Assembly (NCBI GenBank): GCA_963727625.1
Contig: CAVSHR010000012.1
Coordinates: 544,001-608,000 of the forward strand
Source: an uncultured delta proteobacterium
Lineage (GTDB): Bacteria > Desulfobacterota > Binatia > UBA9968
Direction: 5' to 3'
DNA length: 64,000 nt
Shown here: in pieces, positions 63,240 to 64,000 of the stretch
Numbering within the stretch: position 1 is the stretch's first letter
Layout: the number at the start of each line of letters is the position of its first letter
Translations under genes and position numbers: made by a program
Notes under the pieces: model-generated
Database searches by the model: none
What the model was told of the DNA's origin: nothing
Seen by the model: the letters and a program-made list of their open reading frames with translations, nothing else

Positions 63240-64000
63240 ATGCAAGCGACTGCTAAAGCGATCGGCGACCATTCTGCAGCAGAAATCAGGCAATTGGTTC
63301 GCGACAAGTATTCTGAAGTCGCGCTCAAGCCGGGCTCAAAATACAAGTTCAGGGTCGGTCGCGAGTATGCGATCGAGCTCGGCTATCCCCCTCAAAAGGT
63401 TCAAGCGCTTCCGGAGAAATTGGCTGAGGCCTTTACCGGCGTCTCTTCGTTCATGGCCCGTTTCGAGGATTTCGCTCCAGGAGATGTCGTCCTCGAGCTT
63501 GGATCCGGTGGAGGATTCGACAGCGCATTACTCGCCAAACGATTCGGCGCTGCGACAAAGGTCATTGGAGTCGATTTTTCTCTCGACATGATTCAAAGGG
63601 CAGCGCGATCTCTCGGCGCGCTGGAGCTTTGCCAGGTTAATTATACCCAGGCTGTGGCGGAGGAGCTTCCCGTCCGTGATAATTCAGTGGACTGGGTTGT
63701 CAGCAACGGGATCTTCAATCTCTCCCCGGAGAAGGAGAGAATCCTGTCCGAGATTCATCGGGTCCTAAAACCCAAGGGTCACGTGCTCTGTTCCGAGATC
63801 GTTCTCTATCAGGAGCCCACTCCGGAGGAGCGTCTCAATGAAGACGACTGGTTCAAGTGAATTGCCGGCGCAATGTCGGAAAAGTCTTTTCTGACCAAAT
63901 TCATCGAGGCTGGGTTCACCCGCATAGAGATCCTGGAGAATTCCGAGAATAAACGAACGCCAAACCGCAACGCCTACGTGGTTACTCTAGCCGCGCAGAA
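63240..64000 (+). CDS. ArsM-like SAM methyltransferase, probable selenoprotein (TGA 63858..63860 = Sec); runs off the window
   Basis: VLELGSGGGFD, SNGIFNLSPEK, RVLKPKG; frame stays open after TGA: DWFK-U-IAGA...AGFTRIEI; SECIS-like hairpin follows. Confidence 0.85.
63858..63895 (+). promoter_or_regulatory. Putative bacterial SECIS element
   Basis: gtcggaaaa-gtc-ttttctgac stem (one G-U pair), apical G 24 nt after UGA. Confidence 0.7.

Overview
GC-rich, transport- and catabolism-rich bacterial region. The gene content (NMT1-type binding proteins, TRAP/TTT transporters, amidohydrolase, LLM, poly-GAF kinases) suggests a Deltaproteobacteria/Binatota-like organism, which is an inference only. The left end holds a signalling cluster: a DivK-like receiver, a 12-GAF histidine kinase, a cytidylate-kinase-like/BON gene split by a tnpA-only IS200/IS605 element, and a second, internally deleted GAF kinase. 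The rest holds a Phd/VapC TA pair, an orphan NqrB/RnfD-like + DUF2330 pair, three TRAP/TTT systems, two GT2 genes, an RdhA/QueG-superfamily Fe-S protein, a DsrE2-rhodanese/MBL-TusA sulfur cluster with a duplicated tusA, HtrA, two MFS paralogs and several gene remnants. Three features stand out. (1) A 29-bp inverted repeat exactly abuts the start and stop codons of a GxxExxY gene, and the same repeat brackets the TA module, suggesting an IR-bounded cassette system; two other short-period inverted-repeat families also occur. (2) An ArsM-like methyltransferase has an in-frame TGA at the conserved Cys followed by a SECIS-like hairpin, so it is probably a selenoprotein. (3) The GAF arrays are modular, with linker lengths that differ by whole heptads. 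No rRNA, tRNA or CRISPR array was seen. All family calls come from motif recognition; no database search was run.
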